NCBI GenBank assembly: GCA_964252075.1
Contig: CAXULY010000009.1
Span: 64,001 to 128,000 of the forward strand
Length of the DNA stretch: 64,000 bases
Direction of reading: 5' to 3'
Source: an uncultured Deinococcaceae bacterium
GTDB lineage: Bacteria; Deinococcota; Deinococci; Deinococcales; Deinococcaceae
In this document: one piece after another, positions 1 to 10,477 of the stretch
Numbering within the stretch: position 1 is the stretch's first letter
How the letters are laid out: the number at the start of each line of letters is the position of its first letter
Notes under the pieces: generated by a model
Database searches by the model: none
Told to the model about the DNA's origin: nothing
Seen by the model: the letters and a program-made list of their open reading frames with translations, nothing else
Made by a program: the position numbers and the translations under genes

Positions 1-4
1 CAAG

Positions 5-475
5 TTGAAGCCCATGCTGCTCGTGGCGCCGCTGGCGCTGCTCGTGACCGTGCCGCACGCCCAGAAGGGCGCGACGAAGATCGGGATTGTGGATTCGGCG
101 GCGGTGACGAACGCCGTGCCGGGCGGGCAGGGCATCACGGACCTGCGCAAGCGCGCCGACGCGGACATTGCGGCGCAGACGAAGAAGATTCAGGCGCTGC
201 AGCAGAAGGCCAACCCGACTGCCGCGGACCGCCAGGCGCTCGACACGGCCATCAAGACCCTGCAGGCGGCGCAGCAGAATTACACCAAGCAGCTGAGCAC
301 GCAGTTCAAGCCGGTGGCGGACAAGGTGAACGCGGCCGTGGCCGCAGCCGCGAAGTCCGGCGGGTTCTCCATCGTGTTCGACGCGGGCGTCGCGCAGCGC
401 AGCGGCCTCATCATCTACGCGGACGCGAACGCGACGAACATCACGCAGTCCGTGCTGAAGCAGGTCAAGAAGTAA
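5..475 (+). CDS. OmpH/Skp family periplasmic chaperone (5' end may extend beyond the window)
   Basis: Signal-like N-terminus, KIGIVD motif, helical middle, and C-terminal GFSIVFD...IIYAD..NITQSVLK typical of Skp/OmpH. Confidence 0.8.
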   Translation: MKPMLLVAPLALLVTVPHAQKGATKIGIVDSAAVTNAVPGGQGITDLRKRADADIAAQTKKIQALQQKANPTAADRQALDTAIKTLQAAQQNYTKQLSTQFKPVADKVNAAVAAAAKSGGFSIVFDAGVAQRSGLIIYADANATNITQSVLKQVKK

Positions 476-488
476 GGCACCTGCCCAG

Positions 489-520
489 GAGCGCCGCCCC
501 AGGTGGGGCGGCGCTCGTTT
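489..520 (+). terminator. Intrinsic terminator hairpin
   Basis: 12-bp stem GAGCGCCGCCCC-aggt-GGGGCGGCGCTC followed by gtttcgtt. Confidence 0.7.
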
Positions 521-601
521 CGTTACCTCCTGAGTGACGTGACCCGGCCGCCCACCGCGTTAGGATGGGTGCGGTTTTGATGTACTTCAAGGAGGCCCAC
601 C

Positions 602-1588
602 ATGAATGAACCCGTGCGCGTGGCGGTCACTGGCGCCGCCGGACAGATCGGTTACAGCCTACTCTTTCGCATCGCCGCTGGCGACATGCTCGGCCCGGAC
701 CAGCCGGTCATCCTGCAGCTGCTGGAGGTGACGCCCGCCCTGAAGGCCCTCGCGGGCGTCGTGATGGAACTCCAGGACGGCGCCTTCCCGCTGCTCTCTG
801 GCGTCGTGACGAGCGACGACCCCATGGTGGCCTTCAAGGACGCCGATTACGCGCTGCTGGTGGGCGCCATGCCGCGCAAGGCGGGCATGGAGCGCGGCGA
901 CCTGCTCTCCGCGAACGGCGGGATCTTCAAGCCGCAGGGCGAGGCCCTGAGCGAGGTGGCGAGCCGCAGCGTGAAGGTGCTGGTGGTCGGCAACCCCGCG
1001 AACACCAACGCGCTCATCGCGCAGCAGAACGCCCCGAAGCTCGACCCGAAACAGTTCACGGCGATGGTGCGCCTGGACCACAACCGCGCGCTGTCGCAGC
1101 TCGCGGAGAAGACCGGCAAGCCGGTGGGCAGCATCCGGAAGATGACCATCTGGGGCAACCACTCCTCCACGCAGTACCCGGACCTCTCGCAAACGACGGT
1201 GGACGGCACGCCCGCCCTGGAGCTCGTGGATCAGGCGTGGTACGAGGGCACCTTCATCCCGACCGTCGCGAAGCGCGGCGCGGCCATCATTGAGGCGCGC
1301 GGGGCGAGCAGCGCCGCGAGCGCGGCAAGCGCCGCGATTGACCACATGCGCAACTGGGCGCTCGGCACGCCCGAGGGCGACTGGGTGAGCATGGCCATCC
1401 CGAGCGACGGCAGTTACGGCGTGCCGGAGGGCCTCATCTACGGCTTCCCCGTGACGGTCAAGGACGGCGTGTACAGCATCGTGCAGGGCCTGAGCGTGAG
1501 CGAATTCAGCCAGGGCCGCATGGACGCCACCACGAAGGAACTCGAGGAAGAGCGCGCCGCCGTGCGCGACCTCGGCCTCGTGAAGTAA
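602..1588 (+). CDS. mdh: Malate dehydrogenase
   Basis: [11 protein letters not shown]ossmann motif, [37 protein letters not shown]. Confidence 0.97.
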   Translation: MNEPVRVAVTGAAGQIGYSLLFRIAAGDMLGPDQPVILQLLEVTPALKALAGVVMELQDGAFPLLSGVVTSDDPMVAFKDADYALLVGAMPRKAGMERGDLLSANGGIFKPQGEALSEVASRSVKVLVVGNPANTNALIAQQNAPKLDPKQFTAMVRLDHNRALSQLAEKTGKPVGSIRKMTIWGNHSSTQYPDLSQTTVDGTPALELVDQAWYEGTFIPTVAKRGAAIIEARGASSAASAASAAIDHMRNWALGTPEGDWVSMAIPSDGSYGVPEGLIYGFPVTVKDGVYSIVQGLSVSEFSQGRMDATTKELEEERAAVRDLGLVK

Positions 1589-1596
1589 GGCGGACC

Positions 1597-1630
1597 AAGG
1601 GGCGGCCAGGATGTGTCCTGGCCGCCCCTT
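1597..1630. terminator. Hairpin between convergent mdh and NUDIX genes
   Basis: 15-bp perfect stem AAGGGGCGGCCAGGA/TCCTGGCCGCCCCTT. Confidence 0.7.
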
Positions 1631-1636
1631 CTCACC

Positions 1637-2263
1637 TCAGTCGAAGTCGGTGGGCCACTCGGGGTGGCGTGCGTGCTCGAACATGCGCCGCACCTGCTCG
1701 GCGTTCACGCGCCCGGTGGAGAGCGGCGGTAGGTCGTCCTGCGCGAAGAACGCCACCTCGCTCGTCTCCAGGCTCGCCTCTGCCGCGCCGCCCAGCAGCT
1801 CGCAGCGCACGAAGACCTTGTACACACTCCAGAAGTCCGGCGGGTGCGCGTGCTTGCCCTTGTCCAGCACCGCGAGGAGCTTCACAGGCCGCACCACGAA
1901 ACCCGTCTCCTCCAGCGTCTCGCGCGCCGCCATCTCACCGGGGCCCTCGCCAGGGTCCGCCCAGCCGCCCGGCAGGGACCAGCGGCCGTCCTCCCGCTCG
2001 CGCGCCATCAGGATGCGCCCGTCCTGGAACACCACGGCGCGCACATCCACCTTCGGGGTGGCGTAGCCCTCCTCCAGCCGCAGGGCGCGCCACGCGGACT
2101 CCACCGGCGTGACCGTGACGGACGCGAGCATCTCGGCGGCGAGGCGCTGAATCTCGCGGTAGCGTTCCTGGTCGTAAGGGTCCCTCGCGTACGTGAGGCC
2201 CGCCTGCGCGATGGAATGCAGGCGCCGCGCCCAGTCCAGCGAGTGCGGGGGGTCGTTCGTCAC
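1637..2263 (-). CDS. NUDIX hydrolase with Nudix_N domain (YjhB-like ADP-ribose pyrophosphatase)
   Basis: IAQAGLTYARDPYDQERY N-domain, GYATPKVDVR, Nudix box GGWADPGE..AARETLEETG; GTG start overlaps the dinB stop. Confidence 0.9.
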   Translation of the reverse strand: MTNDPPHSLDWARRLHSIAQAGLTYARDPYDQERYREIQRLAAEMLASVTVTPVESAWRALRLEEGYATPKVDVRAVVFQDGRILMAREREDGRWSLPGGWADPGEGPGEMAARETLEETGFVVRPVKLLAVLDKGKHAHPPDFWSVYKVFVRCELLGGAAEASLETSEVAFFAQDDLPPLSTGRVNAEQVRRMFEHARHPEWPTDFD

Positions 2264-2730
2264 GTCCGCGCGCGCTGAACGGCGGTGATGATGTGGTGGC
2301 CGTCGTGCGCCAGCCAGAAGCCCAGCCACTGCGCGAGCGTCAGGGTGCCGAACGCGGCGTGCGTGCCCGTGCGCGACCACGCGCCGTCCGGAAGGGCGCG
2401 CAGCTCACCGAGCAGTCGCGCGCGCTCGGCCGCGAAGTCCGCGAGCATCTGCGCGCTGGGTTTCGCCATCCAGCCCTGCGTGCCGGGGTCCTGCTCCGGC
2501 ACGTACCGTCCGAAGGTCGGGTTGTCCTGCGCGCTGATGAGCCGCGCGCGCTCCAGGATCAGCGCGTGGAACTGCCCGAGGTGCGCGAGGTTCTCGTGCG
2601 CGCTCCACTTGCCCTCCACGCGCCGCTCGCGCAGGCGCGCCTCCGGAATGCCGCCGAAGAGTTGCGTGACCAGTGCGGCGTTCGCCTCGAACTGCGCCAG
2701 GGTGACCTGGGCGCCTGCGGGAACCGTCAT
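2260..2730 (-). CDS. DinB/YfiT family (bacillithiol transferase-like) protein
   Basis: GKWSAHENLAHL and AHDGHH His triad; TACACT -10 at 2737-2742. Confidence 0.85.
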   Translation of the reverse strand: MTVPAGAQVTLAQFEANAALVTQLFGGIPEARLRERRVEGKWSAHENLAHLGQFHALILERARLISAQDNPTFGRYVPEQDPGTQGWMAKPSAQMLADFAAERARLLGELRALPDGAWSRTGTHAAFGTLTLAQWLGFWLAHDGHHIITAVQRART

Positions 2731-2754
2731 GCCGTCAGTGTACGCGCGGGCCGT

Positions 2755-3225
2755 CAGGAGCGCGCACTGCCGCGACGTAGATGTGATGGCTGTCGTATGT
2801 GAGCAAAAGCCAGCAACTGCACGAGCGTCATGGTGCGCAACACCATGTGCGTGCCCAGGCGGCCTCAGGCGCCCAGCGGGAGGGCGCGCAGCTCGGAGAG
2901 TAGCCGGGCGCGGGCGTCTACGATATCCGCGAGGAGCTGTCGCAGGGGGTTCTGCACCCACGCCAGCGTTTCGGGGAGCTCATCCGGGGTGTAGCGCGGG
3001 ACGTGCGGGTTGTCCCCATCCGGCATCCAGCGCACGCGCTCGCGGATGAGCCGTGGCACTGCTCGACGTGCGCGAGGTTCTCCGGAGCCACCCACTGGCG
3101 GTCCGCTGGGCGCTGACGCAGGCGCGCGTCGGGGTGTTTGCGAAGGACCGCTGCACGAACGCGCCGTTCGCCGCGAACGGGTTGAGCGTAAGGGTCACGT
3201 CTGGGGGCATGCGCGTGGTGTGCGC
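2755..3225 (-). pseudogene. Degraded tandem duplicate of the DinB-family gene
   Basis: Fragments in shifting frames (FAANGAFV; DNPHVPRYTPDELPETLAW; RARLLSELRALPLGA*; GTHMVLRTMTL; YDSHHI) are colinear with the intact protein; frameshifts and a W-to-stop change. Confidence 0.8.
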
Positions 3226-3274
3226 CCGCGTATCACCCACCCCTCACCGCCCCGCCGGACACTGAAAGCACTCC

Positions 3275-3955
3275 ATGCGCCGCCGCCTGCTCCTGCTGCT
3301 GGTCCTCACCTCGGGCCTCCTTACCCCCACCTTCGCGCAGGCGCAGTCCCTGTCGCTGGACGCGCAGGCGCGCGGCCTGACCGCCGCGCGCATCGCGCAG
3401 GTGCGCGCGGCGGCGCAGAAGGGCAGCCCCACCGCGCAGGCGCTCCTCGCGGTCGCGTACCTGAACGGGCAGGGTGTGGGGCACGACGAGGCGCAGGCGC
3501 TCGCCTGGGCGCAGAAGGCCGCGCAGCAGGGCAACGCGGACGCCCTGAACGTGCTGGGCACCCTGTCCATCCGGGGCGTCGCGGTGCGCGGCGACCCGAA
3601 GGCCGCCGCCCGTTACTTCCAGCAGGCGGTCGGGAAGGGCAACGCGGACGCCATGAGCAACCTCGGCGCGCTGTACTACAACGGCGTGGGCGTGGCGAAA
3701 GACGCGAAGCGCGCCGTGGATCTGTACACTCGGGGCGCGCGCGAGGGCAGTGCCCTCGCCATGTTGAACCTCGCCACCGCCTACGCGGACGCGCGGTACC
3801 TGAAGCCGGACGCCGCGCGCGCCTACGCTTGGGCGTCCCTCGCGGCGGACCGAGGGAACGGCGGCGGGAACCGCCTGATGGCGCTGCTGCGCCCCAGAAT
3901 GACCGCCGCGCAACTCACGCAGGCCACCACTATCAAGGGCACGCTGCTGAAGTGA
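3275..3955 (+). CDS. Secreted Sel1-repeat (TPR-like) protein
   Basis: Signal peptide plus four Sel1 repeats (e.g. AMSNLGALYYNGVGVAKDAKRAVDLYTRGA). Confidence 0.9.
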   Translation: MRRRLLLLLVLTSGLLTPTFAQAQSLSLDAQARGLTAARIAQVRAAAQKGSPTAQALLAVAYLNGQGVGHDEAQALAWAQKAAQQGNADALNVLGTLSIRGVAVRGDPKAAARYFQQAVGKGNADAMSNLGALYYNGVGVAKDAKRAVDLYTRGAREGSALAMLNLATAYADARYLKPDAARAYAWASLAADRGNGGGNRLMALLRPRMTAAQLTQATTIKGTLLK

Positions 3956-3958
3956 CCC

Positions 3959-4282
3959 TCAGCCGCCCGCCTCGTAGGTGTCGGGCGGGCGCAGGAACTC
4001 GTGGTCCGGCTCGCCGGGCAACCCCATGTTGCCACCCACGAAGCGGTCGTTCAGGCTGCGCAGGGAGCGGCGCATGAACCACGTGCTGCCCTCGGCGCGC
4101 AGGTCCCTGCCGGACGCGCGGTACTCGAAGGTCTTCCCCCCGCCGGACGCTGTGAGGGCCAGGTAATCCGCGCCCGTGTGGGCCGTGACGCTCAGGCCCT
4201 CCGCGAAGTCGAAATCCCGGATGGCCTGCTGGGCGTCCGACAGGGCCTGCTCCAGGGACACGCCGCGCTCGTTCTGGGTCAT
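3959..4282 (-). CDS. Hypothetical protein
   Basis: 107-aa ORF with natural composition; CATGAT -10-like box 6 nt upstream. Confidence 0.6.
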   Translation of the reverse strand: MTQNERGVSLEQALSDAQQAIRDFDFAEGLSVTAHTGADYLALTASGGGKTFEYRASGRDLRAEGSTWFMRRSLRSLNDRFVGGNMGLPGEPDHEFLRPPDTYEAGG

Positions 4283-4552
4283 GCGGCCATCATGGCGGGC
4301 CGCGCGAGTGGGGCGCCGTTACGAAAGCTTCATGCTCCCGGCACGAGGCGCTTCGCTTGACCGGGGGTGTTGTCCGTCACGAGGCCGACGCCCTCGGCGA
4401 GGAAGGCGCGGGCTTCATGCGGCAGGCGCACCGTGACGGCTTCCGGGAAAGCTTGATGTCCAGGCGGCAGCCATGTATGGAGGGGCCGTCCAGTTGGCGC
4501 ATGTCCATTTCGGTGCCGCTGTCACGCGAGACAGTCCGGTCCGTTTCAACGG

Positions 4553-4585
4553 GGAAGGGCGAGGAACTGCATTCCTCGCCCTTCC
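4553..4585 (-). terminator. Hairpin downstream of lipA
   Basis: 14-bp perfect stem GGAAGGGCGAGGAA/TTCCTCGCCCTTCC. Confidence 0.65.
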
Positions 4586-4624
4586 TATGCGGTGCTCAAT
4601 TCACCCAGGGGTTCCATCTGCGCT

Positions 4625-5613
<989 letters not shown>

Positions 5614-5617
<4 letters not shown>

Positions 5618-6339
5618 AGGGGGGCTCCTTGGGCCGCCGTGGGCTCGAAGCTCGGCAGGCTCCAGTCGTAGGTGGTGAAGGTGCGGGTGAAGGCGTCCGC
5701 GACGGCCTGCTTCAGGCGCGGCATGTCGGGCGCCTCACCCAGGCCGCGCAGGTCGTACTCGCGCGCGACGCTGGTCATCTGCGTGTCCGTGAGGCCGCAC
5801 GGCACGATGAACTCGAAGTGCGTGAGGTCCGTGCTGACGTTCAGTGCGAAGCCGTGGAAGGCCACGTTTTTCTGCACGGCCACGCCGATGGACGCGATCT
5901 TCTGGTCGAGCATCCGGCCGCCCGCCTCGCGCGGCGCGACGTACACGCCCGCGTAGCCGGGGTTCGCGCGCGCCTCCAGGCCCACGTCCGCGAGGGCCGC
6001 GACGAGGCTCGCCTCGATGAGGCGCAGGAAGTCGCGCACGCGGCGCCCCACCGGGAAGATGGTGTAGCCGACCAGCTGGCCGGGGCCGTGGTAGGTCACG
6101 TCGCCGCCGCGCTCCACCTCGTACACGCTGATGCCCAGCTTGTCGAGGTGCGCGCGCGTCACGATGATGTTCCCGCCCTCGCGCGCCTTGCGGCCCAGCG
6201 TGATGACGGGCAGGTGCTCCAGCAGCAGCAGGGTGGGCTGGCCGCCTGCCGCGACGCGCGCGTGCTCCTGGCGCTGCAGTTCCCAGGCGTCGGCGTAGGG
6301 CAGTGTCCCCGCGTCACGCACCGCAAATGACCCATCCAC
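5614..6339 (-). CDS. lipB: Lipoyl(octanoyl) transferase
   Basis: [46 protein letters not shown]. Confidence 0.96.
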
Positions 6340-6441
6340 GCCCGCGATTCTAATGCGGTCTTCAGGCGGGGAGCAGCGACGGCGCCACAGTCCCGCGCGC
6401 GTGACGGCCGGCGCGCCCCCGGGTGGGGGCGCGCCTTGCGG

Positions 6442-6723
6442 TCAGCGGCGGTCCCTGAGGCCCAGGGGCGTGAAGCCCGCGTCCCTCAGGGTGCCCAGCA
6501 GGGCGTCGCGCGCGCCGCCGCACGAGCGGGCCTCCAGTGTGAGGTCGCCCAGGCGTGCGTGCGGCCACACCGTGACGCTCCAGCCGGGCAGGGCGGGCAG
6601 GGCGCGGCCCTCGGGCGCGATCACCTCGACCAGCAGCGTGACCGCCAGGCCGCCCGCCGCGCGGGGGGTGGGCTGGGTGGGCGGGGCGACGGGGCGCGGG
6701 GCGGGCAGTGAGCGTGCGGTCAT
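6442..6723 (-). CDS. Small hypothetical protein divergent from LysR
   Basis: SD AGGAGG before the ATG at 6723; 93 aa. Confidence 0.6.
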   Translation of the reverse strand: MTARSLPAPRPVAPPTQPTPRAAGGLAVTLLVEVIAPEGRALPALPGWSVTVWPHARLGDLTLEARSCGGARDALLGTLRDAGFTPLGLRDRR

Positions 6724-6858
6724 GGCGTGACCTCCTGACTCCAGTGTCCGCCGCGCGCGCGGTGGGGGCCATCGGGCGGCGGGGGCGCGTGGGGCGCCCA
6801 CATCGGGAAAGCCGATGCCCTCCTTTTTTCGCGTCTGCGCGCGGCCTACACTGCGGGC

Positions 6859-7779
6859 ATGACCGAGAGGAACGCGCGTGTGACGCTGGCTGGACTGCGG
6901 GTGCTGGTCGCGGTGGCGGAGGCCGGGAGTTTCTCGGAGGCCGCCGCGGAGCTGGGCATGTCGCAGAGCACCCTGAGTGAGGCGGTGGCGACGCTGGAGC
7001 GCGCGGTCGGGCAGCCGCTGCTGCACCGCACGCACGGCGGGGTGCAGCCCACCCCGGCGGGCGAGCGCGCGCTGGAGCACGCCCGCAGCGCCCTGCTGGC
7101 GGTGTCGGACCTGCACCTCGCGGTGGCGGGCGAGACGGCGCTCGAAGGGACCCTGAGCATCGCCGCGTACCGCTCCATCGGCATGCACCTGCTGCCGCCC
7201 GCCCTCGCGCGCCTGCGCCGCGACCACCCGAACCTGCACGTGCGCGTGGTGGACGCCGAGTCGGACGGCTGCGGCGGCGAGCAGCTGATCCTGCGCGGCG
7301 ACGTGGACGCGGGCCTCATCGGGCTGCCCGCCACGCAGCCGCTCCTGACGTGGCCGCTCGTGCAGGACGAGTACCTCGCGGTGTTCCCCGCCGCGCGCGG
7401 CGCGCACGAGGTCAGCTGGGCGGAACTGAGGGCGCAGCCGCTGATTCTGCCGCCCGCCAGCAACACCTGTCACCGCCGCGTCGCGAGCTTCCTGCAGCAG
7501 CACGAGGTGCACGCGGGGCCCATCACGGAAGTCGGGGAGGACGACGTGATCCTCTCCATGGTGGAGCACGGCCTGGGCGTCGCGGTGCAGCCGCAACTCG
7601 CGATCATGCCGCTGCGGCCGGGGCTGGTGGCGCTGCCCCTCCCGACGCTGCTGGTGCGGCACCTGGGCCTCGCGGTGCGGCCGGGCCGCGCGGGCCTGCC
7701 GCACATCCGCGCGTTCGTGGACGCGGTGCGCGCCCAGGCAGCGACATTCGTCACCTCCGGCGCGGCGGCGGCACTCTAG
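6859..7779 (+). CDS. LysR family transcriptional regulator
   Basis: GSFSEAAAELGMSQSTLSEAVATLE HTH plus substrate-binding domain. Confidence 0.95.
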   Translation: MTERNARVTLAGLRVLVAVAEAGSFSEAAAELGMSQSTLSEAVATLERAVGQPLLHRTHGGVQPTPAGERALEHARSALLAVSDLHLAVAGETALEGTLSIAAYRSIGMHLLPPALARLRRDHPNLHVRVVDAESDGCGGEQLILRGDVDAGLIGLPATQPLLTWPLVQDEYLAVFPAARGAHEVSWAELRAQPLILPPASNTCHRRVASFLQQHEVHAGPITEVGEDDVILSMVEHGLGVAVQPQLAIMPLRPGLVALPLPTLLVRHLGLAVRPGRAGLPHIRAFVDAVRAQAATFVTSGAAAAL

Positions 7780-7790
7780 ACTTCCCCGTA

Positions 7791-8789
7791 ATGCTCGAAG
7801 GTGTCTTCAAGTTGCTGGGGAACTACGGGAACCCCATTCCGCGCTTCACGGCGCAGCGCTGCCTCGTGGTGCGCCGCGCCGTGGACGGCTGCGACGCCTG
7901 CGTGCGCGCCTGCCCGCACGACGCCGTGACCATCAACGATGTGCTCACGCCCGACGTGATCATTGACGAGAAGAAATGCACCGCGTGCGGTCTGTGCGTG
8001 CAGGCGTGCCCCACGGGCGCCCTGGAGTACGACCTGCTGTCCCTGCTGGACGGCGTGCACGGCCAGGGCGAGGAGGCCAAGCTGGTGTGCTCGCAGGCGG
8101 CGACGGTGGAGGGCGGGAAGGCCACGCCGTGCCTGGCGCGCGTGACGCCCAGCGTGGTCGTCGCGGCGGGCGGCTGGGATCAGGAACTCACGCTGGTGCG
8201 CGGCGACTGCGCGGCGTGCCCGGTGGGCGGGCCGGAGGTGCCGGAGCGCCTGAACGCCGTGGTGGAGGAAGCGCAGCGGCTGCGGGAGGCGACGGGGCGG
8301 CCCGCGCGCGTCACGGTGCGGGAGGCGGACGCGCGCCAGAGCGCGCAGGAGCGCGTGACGCGCCGCGGGATCTTCGGCGTGGCGGCGCGCAGCGCGCGCG
8401 GCATGGTCGCGGATTTCATTCCGGAGAGCCCCCTGCCGTTCCTGGACTGGTCCGACCCAGAGGAGCACGTGCCGGCGGAGTGGGTGTGGCGCGCGCGCGC
8501 GCTGCGGCCCAAGCCCGCGCCGGAGACGCCCGTGTACTGGCCCGCGCCGATCGTGGATGACAAGTGCATCTTCTGCCCGGTGTGCGACAACGTGTGCCCC
8601 ACGGACGCCATCGTGCGGGAGGTGCAGGAGGACGGCGCGGTGCAGCTCTCCCTGAAACTCGCGGACTGCACGGGCTGCGGCGCGTGCGTCCGCTCGTGCC
8701 CGCCGGACGCCATGCACATGGAGGCGCAGTGGCCCGCCAAGGCCCTCGGGAACCGCGTGCTCCTGCGCGAGTCCAACGGCGCGCTGTAG
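7791..8789 (+). CDS. 4Fe-4S polyferredoxin
   Basis: Several CxxCxxCxxxCP motifs (CTACGLCVQACP, CIFCPVCDNVCP, CTGCGACVRSCP). Confidence 0.9.
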   Translation: MLEGVFKLLGNYGNPIPRFTAQRCLVVRRAVDGCDACVRACPHDAVTINDVLTPDVIIDEKKCTACGLCVQACPTGALEYDLLSLLDGVHGQGEEAKLVCSQAATVEGGKATPCLARVTPSVVVAAGGWDQELTLVRGDCAACPVGGPEVPERLNAVVEEAQRLREATGRPARVTVREADARQSAQERVTRRGIFGVAARSARGMVADFIPESPLPFLDWSDPEEHVPAEWVWRARALRPKPAPETPVYWPAPIVDDKCIFCPVCDNVCPTDAIVREVQEDGAVQLSLKLADCTGCGACVRSCPPDAMHMEAQWPAKALGNRVLLRESNGAL

Positions 8790-8869
8790 GGTCCGTCCGC
8801 TGGGGCGGCCGCCCGGGTGGGGCCTCAGCCCGCCCCGCCCCGGATGCCCTTCGCGGTACACTCGCAAGC

Positions 8870-9700
8870 GTGACTGCCGCCCTTCCCTCCCCCACCATCG
8901 GCGTGTTCGACAGCGGCGTCGGCGGGCTGTCGGTGCTGGCCGAATTGCGCCGCGAACTGCCGGACGCGCACTTCACGTACCTCGCGGACGGCCTGCACTG
9001 CCCGTACGGGGCGCTCAGCGACGCGCAGGTGCGGGACCTCACGGCGCGCGGCGTGCGGTGGCTGCTGGCGCGCGGCGTGCAGGCCGTGGTGATCGCGTGC
9101 AACACCGCGTGTGCGTTCAGCCTGCATGACCTGCGCGCGCAGCTCGGTGAGGCGCACCCGGTGATCGGGCTGGTGCCTGCGGTCAAGCCGGCGGTCGCGC
9201 GCTCGCGCAGTGGGGTGGTGGCGGTGCTCGCGACGCCCGTGACCCTGCGCGGCACGCTGCTGGCGGACGTGGAGGCGCGCTTCGCGGCGCCGGCGGGCGT
9301 GCGGGTGCTGCACCTCAGCCACCCGGACCTCGTGCCGCTGGTGGAGCGCGGCGAGCTGGATTCGCCCGCGACGCGCGCGGCGCTGCGTGAGGTGCTGCAG
9401 CCCGCGCTGGAGGCGGGCGCGGACCAGCTGGTGCTGGGCTGCACGCACTTTCCCTTCCTGGCGCCGGCCATCCGTGATGTGTTCGGGGCGCGCCTGGAGT
9501 TGAGTGACTCGGGGGCGGGCGTGGCGCGCCAGACGCGGCGGGTGCTGGCGGAACGCGGGTGGCTGGGGGGACCCGGCGTGGGGGGTGTGGAGGTCTTCAC
9601 GACGGGCGACCCGGCGCTGTTCGCGCCCGTCATGGCGCGCCTGCACGCGGCCCTGCCGGTGCGGCGCGCGGACCTCGGCGTGGTCCTGGAGGGCGCGTGA
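8870..9700 (+). CDS. murI: Glutamate racemase
   Basis: FDSGVGGLSV, IACNTA, LGCTHFP. Confidence 0.96.
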   Translation: MTAALPSPTIGVFDSGVGGLSVLAELRRELPDAHFTYLADGLHCPYGALSDAQVRDLTARGVRWLLARGVQAVVIACNTACAFSLHDLRAQLGEAHPVIGLVPAVKPAVARSRSGVVAVLATPVTLRGTLLADVEARFAAPAGVRVLHLSHPDLVPLVERGELDSPATRAALREVLQPALEAGADQLVLGCTHFPFLAPAIRDVFGARLELSDSGAGVARQTRRVLAERGWLGGPGVGGVEVFTTGDPALFAPVMARLHAALPVRRADLGVVLEGA

Positions 9701-10425
9701 CGCGCGCGGCGGGCCTGCCCGCACGGCAGGAGCGTGGGCTGCTGGACCCCAGGCCGCTCGTGGTGCGGCGCGGCGTGAACGCGTACGCGGAGGGCAGCGC
9801 GCAGCTGGAGCTGGGGCGCACGCAGATCCTCGCGACGGTGACGGTGGAGCACAAGGTGCCGCCGCACCAGCGCGGCAAGAAGACCGGCTGGCTGATGGCG
9901 GAGTACAACCTGCTGCCGCGCGCGACGCACGAGCGCCTGCCGCGCGAGCGCGCCCTGCAGAACGGGCGGCGCCAGGAAATCCAGCGCCTGCTGGGGCGCG
10001 CCTTCCGCACGGCGGTGGACCTGACGCCCTTCCGCGACAAGACGCTCATCATTGACTGCGACGTGCTGCAGGCGGACGGCGGGACGCGCGTGGCGAGCGT
10101 GCTGGCGGGGTACGCGGCGCTGTGGGACTTCTCGGACCGCCTGGTGCGCGCGGGCACCATCAGCGAGTGGCCGCTGAAGCACGAGCTGGGCGCGGTGAGC
10201 GTGGGCCTGGTGGGCGCCGAGCTGCGCCTGGACCTGGATTACGCGGAGGACATGCGGGCGAGCGCGGACCTGAACGTGGTCGCGACGGCGGATGGGCACA
10301 TCATTGAGGCGCAGGGCGGCGCGGAGGGCGAGCCGATCACGCCCGAGCGCTACGCGGAGCTGCTGTCGGCGGGCCTGGAGGGCGTGCGGCGCCTGCTCAC
10401 GGACCTGCACCGCCAGCTGCGGTGA
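9697..10425 (+). CDS. rph: Ribonuclease PH
   Basis: GWLMAEYNLLPRAT, GRRQEIQRLLGR, CDVLQADGGTR, LDLDYAED. Confidence 0.95.
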   Translation: MTRAAGLPARQERGLLDPRPLVVRRGVNAYAEGSAQLELGRTQILATVTVEHKVPPHQRGKKTGWLMAEYNLLPRATHERLPRERALQNGRRQEIQRLLGRAFRTAVDLTPFRDKTLIIDCDVLQADGGTRVASVLAGYAALWDFSDRLVRAGTISEWPLKHELGAVSVGLVGAELRLDLDYAEDMRASADLNVVATADGHIIEAQGGAEGEPITPERYAELLSAGLEGVRRLLTDLHRQLR

Positions 10426-10477
10426 GCCGCGGGCAGGGGCGGGGCCGCGCGGCCCCACCCCTACCTTTTGGTGGCGC

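Noticed and set aside
4283..4550. Possible small gene remnant downstream of lipA
   Set aside because: No recognisable family or clean start; cannot be supported
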